This document shows, one piece after another, positions 39,811 to 40,897 of a stretch of 40,897 nucleotides of DNA. The DNA is from a virus. The stretch lies in the IMG/VR virus record IMGVR_UViG_3300030519_000008. One strand, 5' to 3'. The notes under the pieces are model-generated. The model was not told the origin of the DNA and made no database searches. It saw nothing but the letters and a program-made list of their open reading frames with translations. How positions within the stretch are numbered: position 1 is the first letter of the stretch; every line of letters starts with the position of its first letter. Made by a program: the position numbers and the translations under genes.

Positions 39811-39834
39811 AAGGCCCCCGTCACCGGGGGCCTT
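39811..39834 (+). terminator. Rho-independent terminator of the accessory operon
   Basis: AAGGCCCCCG-TCAC-CGGGGGCCTT: a 10-bp stem followed by a T-rich tail. Confidence 0.7.
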
Positions 39835-39858
39835 TCACATTACCGCTTTACGATTTCA
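39835..39858. repeat. 24-bp direct repeat, copy 1 (TCACATTACCGCTTTACGATTTCA)
   Basis: 23/24 identical to 39923-39946. Period 88 bp. Non-coding. Confidence 0.9.
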
Positions 39859-39922
39859 GCACACATTTTAGCCCGACCATCGCTAGGCTTTTTAGGCCAC
39901 TCGGCCACGGGCTGGGACACCC

Positions 39923-39946
39923 TCACATTACCGCTTCACGATTTCA
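39923..39946. repeat. 24-bp direct repeat, copy 2 (TCACATTACCGCTTCACGATTTCA)
   Basis: 23/24 identical to 39835-39858. Confidence 0.9.
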
Positions 39947-40161
39947 CACCTGAAGCCCGGTCAGAAGCCAGAATCCAGAACAAAAGCCGGAACGCGAAAA
40001 GCCATACGCCGTAAGGGTTGCTCTACCCTCTCTTTATTTCTAAAGAAAAATAAAGAAGTATAGGTATAGCTATTATGGCCCGGTTCGGCCTTGCACCCCC
40101 TCCCGTGGCCGACCCCCGGCCCGGTCCCGGCCGCCAATGCGGATTCTGATTTAGTTTAGGG

Positions 40162-40223
40162 AAAAGCTGGAACAATTCGTGGAACATCTTAGTGCCAAGA
40201 GGGTCTGCCACGTTCCAGCTTTT
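40162..40223 (+). other. 12-bp perfect inverted repeat with a trailing T-run (terminator-like or sRNA 3' end)
   Basis: AAAAGCTGGAAC (40162-40173) pairs with GTTCCAGCTTTT (40212-40223), followed by aattttg. 38-nt loop. Confidence 0.4.
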
Positions 40224-40269
40224 AATTTTGTTTCGCCCTCCCGACGGAACATATACATGGCACTAAGAT
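40186..40269. other. Second 12-bp perfect inverted repeat, interleaved with the first
   Basis: ATCTTAGTGCCA (40186-40197) pairs with TGGCACTAAGAT (40258-40269). Its left arm lies in the loop of the first repeat and its right arm lies beyond it. Confidence 0.4.
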
Positions 40270-40284
40270 ATTTATCCGGAGCAC

Positions 40285-40313
40285 TTGATTTTTGTCCCTC
40301 ATGTGCCTATCCT
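40285..40313 (+). promoter_or_regulatory. Candidate sigma70-like promoter for the last gene
   Basis: TTGATT (40285-40290), 17 nt, TATCCT (40308-40313). GGAGG at 40321-40325. Confidence 0.45.
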
Positions 40314-40331
40314 AACCTCAGGAGGCTCTAA

Positions 40332-40769
40332 ATGAATCACCCACTCACTAAAACCGGCGCGGCTGTCCCCCGCAAGGAATACGTGTCCTATCCCTTCGCC
40401 CTCATGGCCAAAGGGGAGCACTTCGAGGTCAGCGAACCAGGGGACACGGTGGAAGCCCGCGCCAAACAACTGCGGGCGCTGCGCATCGCGGTGGCTAGGC
40501 GAAAAGCCAACAACTCAGGTGAGGAGTATGTCATCAAGGCTACTAAAACTTCAGTCATCTGCTGGAAGACGGCGGGGAAGCCTCATTGGCTATACCTCAT
40601 GCCTGTCGGGGAATGCCTGCGCAAGGGGCCGGAGCCGTCCTTGAAATCGCTCCGTCAATTTTCCCTTCAGGTTAAAGCGCTCGCGAAGAAATGCCCCGAC
40701 CGAGAGTTCCGCCTGGTGGAAGCCCGAGAGAACGGCATCCTGTTCCTCCAGGTGAAGCGCACCAAGTAG
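40332..40769 (+). CDS. Hypothetical protein, 145 aa, apparently an internal tandem duplication of a small domain
   Basis: GGAGG 6 nt before the ATG. The halves YPFALMAKGEHFEV...QLRALRIAVARRKANNSGEEYVIKAT and LYLMPVGECLRKG...SLRQFSLQVKALAKKCPDREFRLVEA align by eye. Confidence 0.65.
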   Translation: MNHPLTKTGAAVPRKEYVSYPFALMAKGEHFEVSEPGDTVEARAKQLRALRIAVARRKANNSGEEYVIKATKTSVICWKTAGKPHWLYLMPVGECLRKGPEPSLKSLRQFSLQVKALAKKCPDREFRLVEARENGILFLQVKRTK

Positions 40770-40770
40770 C

Positions 40771-40897
40771 CCAGGCCCACCCCCACATTCAAAGAGCCCC
40801 ACACCCGGGGCTCTTTCCACATCTACACTACCCTATGAAAATTCAGCAAACTTTCAACTAATCCTTCCCAACCGTCCCCCACCCCATTACGCTAAGC
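40771..40897. repeat. Terminal repeat copy 2, identical to 1..127
   Basis: Base-for-base identity with 1-127. Confidence 0.95.
40791..40816. terminator. Hairpin 22 nt after the stop of 40332..40769 (same element as 21..46)
   Basis: AAAGAGCCCC-ACACCC-GGGGCTCTTT. Confidence 0.5.

Noticed and set aside
39835-39946. CRISPR-like array
   Set aside because: There are only two 24-bp copies with a single 64-bp spacer. There are no further repeats and no cas genes.
40023-40211. Track ORF of 62 aa (minus strand) in the right-hand non-coding region
   Set aside because: It has a mixed composition (Gly/Pro/Arg filler plus an AT-rich tail), no SD, and it spans hairpins and inverted repeats.
39960-40331. 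tRNA or other classical RNA gene (GGTTCGG-like T-loop near 40083); sigma54 promoter at TGGCAC (40258); dif/Xer-like site
   Set aside because: No cloverleaf can be drawn around the T-loop-like sequence. TGGCAC is not followed by TTGC at the right spacing. No match to the XerC/XerD arm consensus.

Overview
The window is one complete phage genome. Positions 1-127 are identical to 40771-40897, so it closes into a circle of about 40,770 bp. It looks like a high-GC podovirus.

Layout:
- 196-1273: a divergent CI-like / Cro-like immunity switch.
- 1319-12819 (+): an early and replication arm. It carries a RuvC-like resolvase, an SNF2 helicase, a DUF2800-type PD-(D/E)XK nuclease, a DUF2815-type SSB, family A DNA polymerase, a PrimPol + D5/VirE primase-helicase and a DUF5664-like protein.
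- 12822-12848: a bidirectional terminator.
- 37121 down to 12866 (-): one long late arm. Gene order is terS, terL, HNH, T7-type portal, scaffold, capsid, adaptor, nozzle, four internal/ejection proteins (one with an SLT domain), tailspike and lysis genes.
- 37122-37707: a non-coding hub of about 590 bp.
- 37708-40769 (+): a clearly lower-GC accessory arm.

I found no tRNA, rRNA, CRISPR array, integrase, transposase, partition gene, reverse transcriptase or phage RNA polymerase.

Most interesting observations:
1. Five co-oriented, strictly intergenic copies of a 17-bp pseudo-palindrome, GTTGCG-N5-CGTAAC, that overlap promoters. This looks like a distributed operator network.
2. A low-GC operon built around a Cys-rich GP88-like protein, a tightly linked partner and two hydrophobic micro-ORFs.
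3. A lysis cassette with no recognisable spanin pair, but with an N-anchored 202-aa protein that has a beta-rich, aromatic-terminated C-terminus.
4. An early protein whose C-terminal half is an Ala/Asp/Thr/Tyr array encoded by a cryptic simple repeat ending in (TACGCC)5.
5. Two large structured non-coding regions (7477-7711 and 39787-40331).

All family names come from my own motif recognition. No searches were run.
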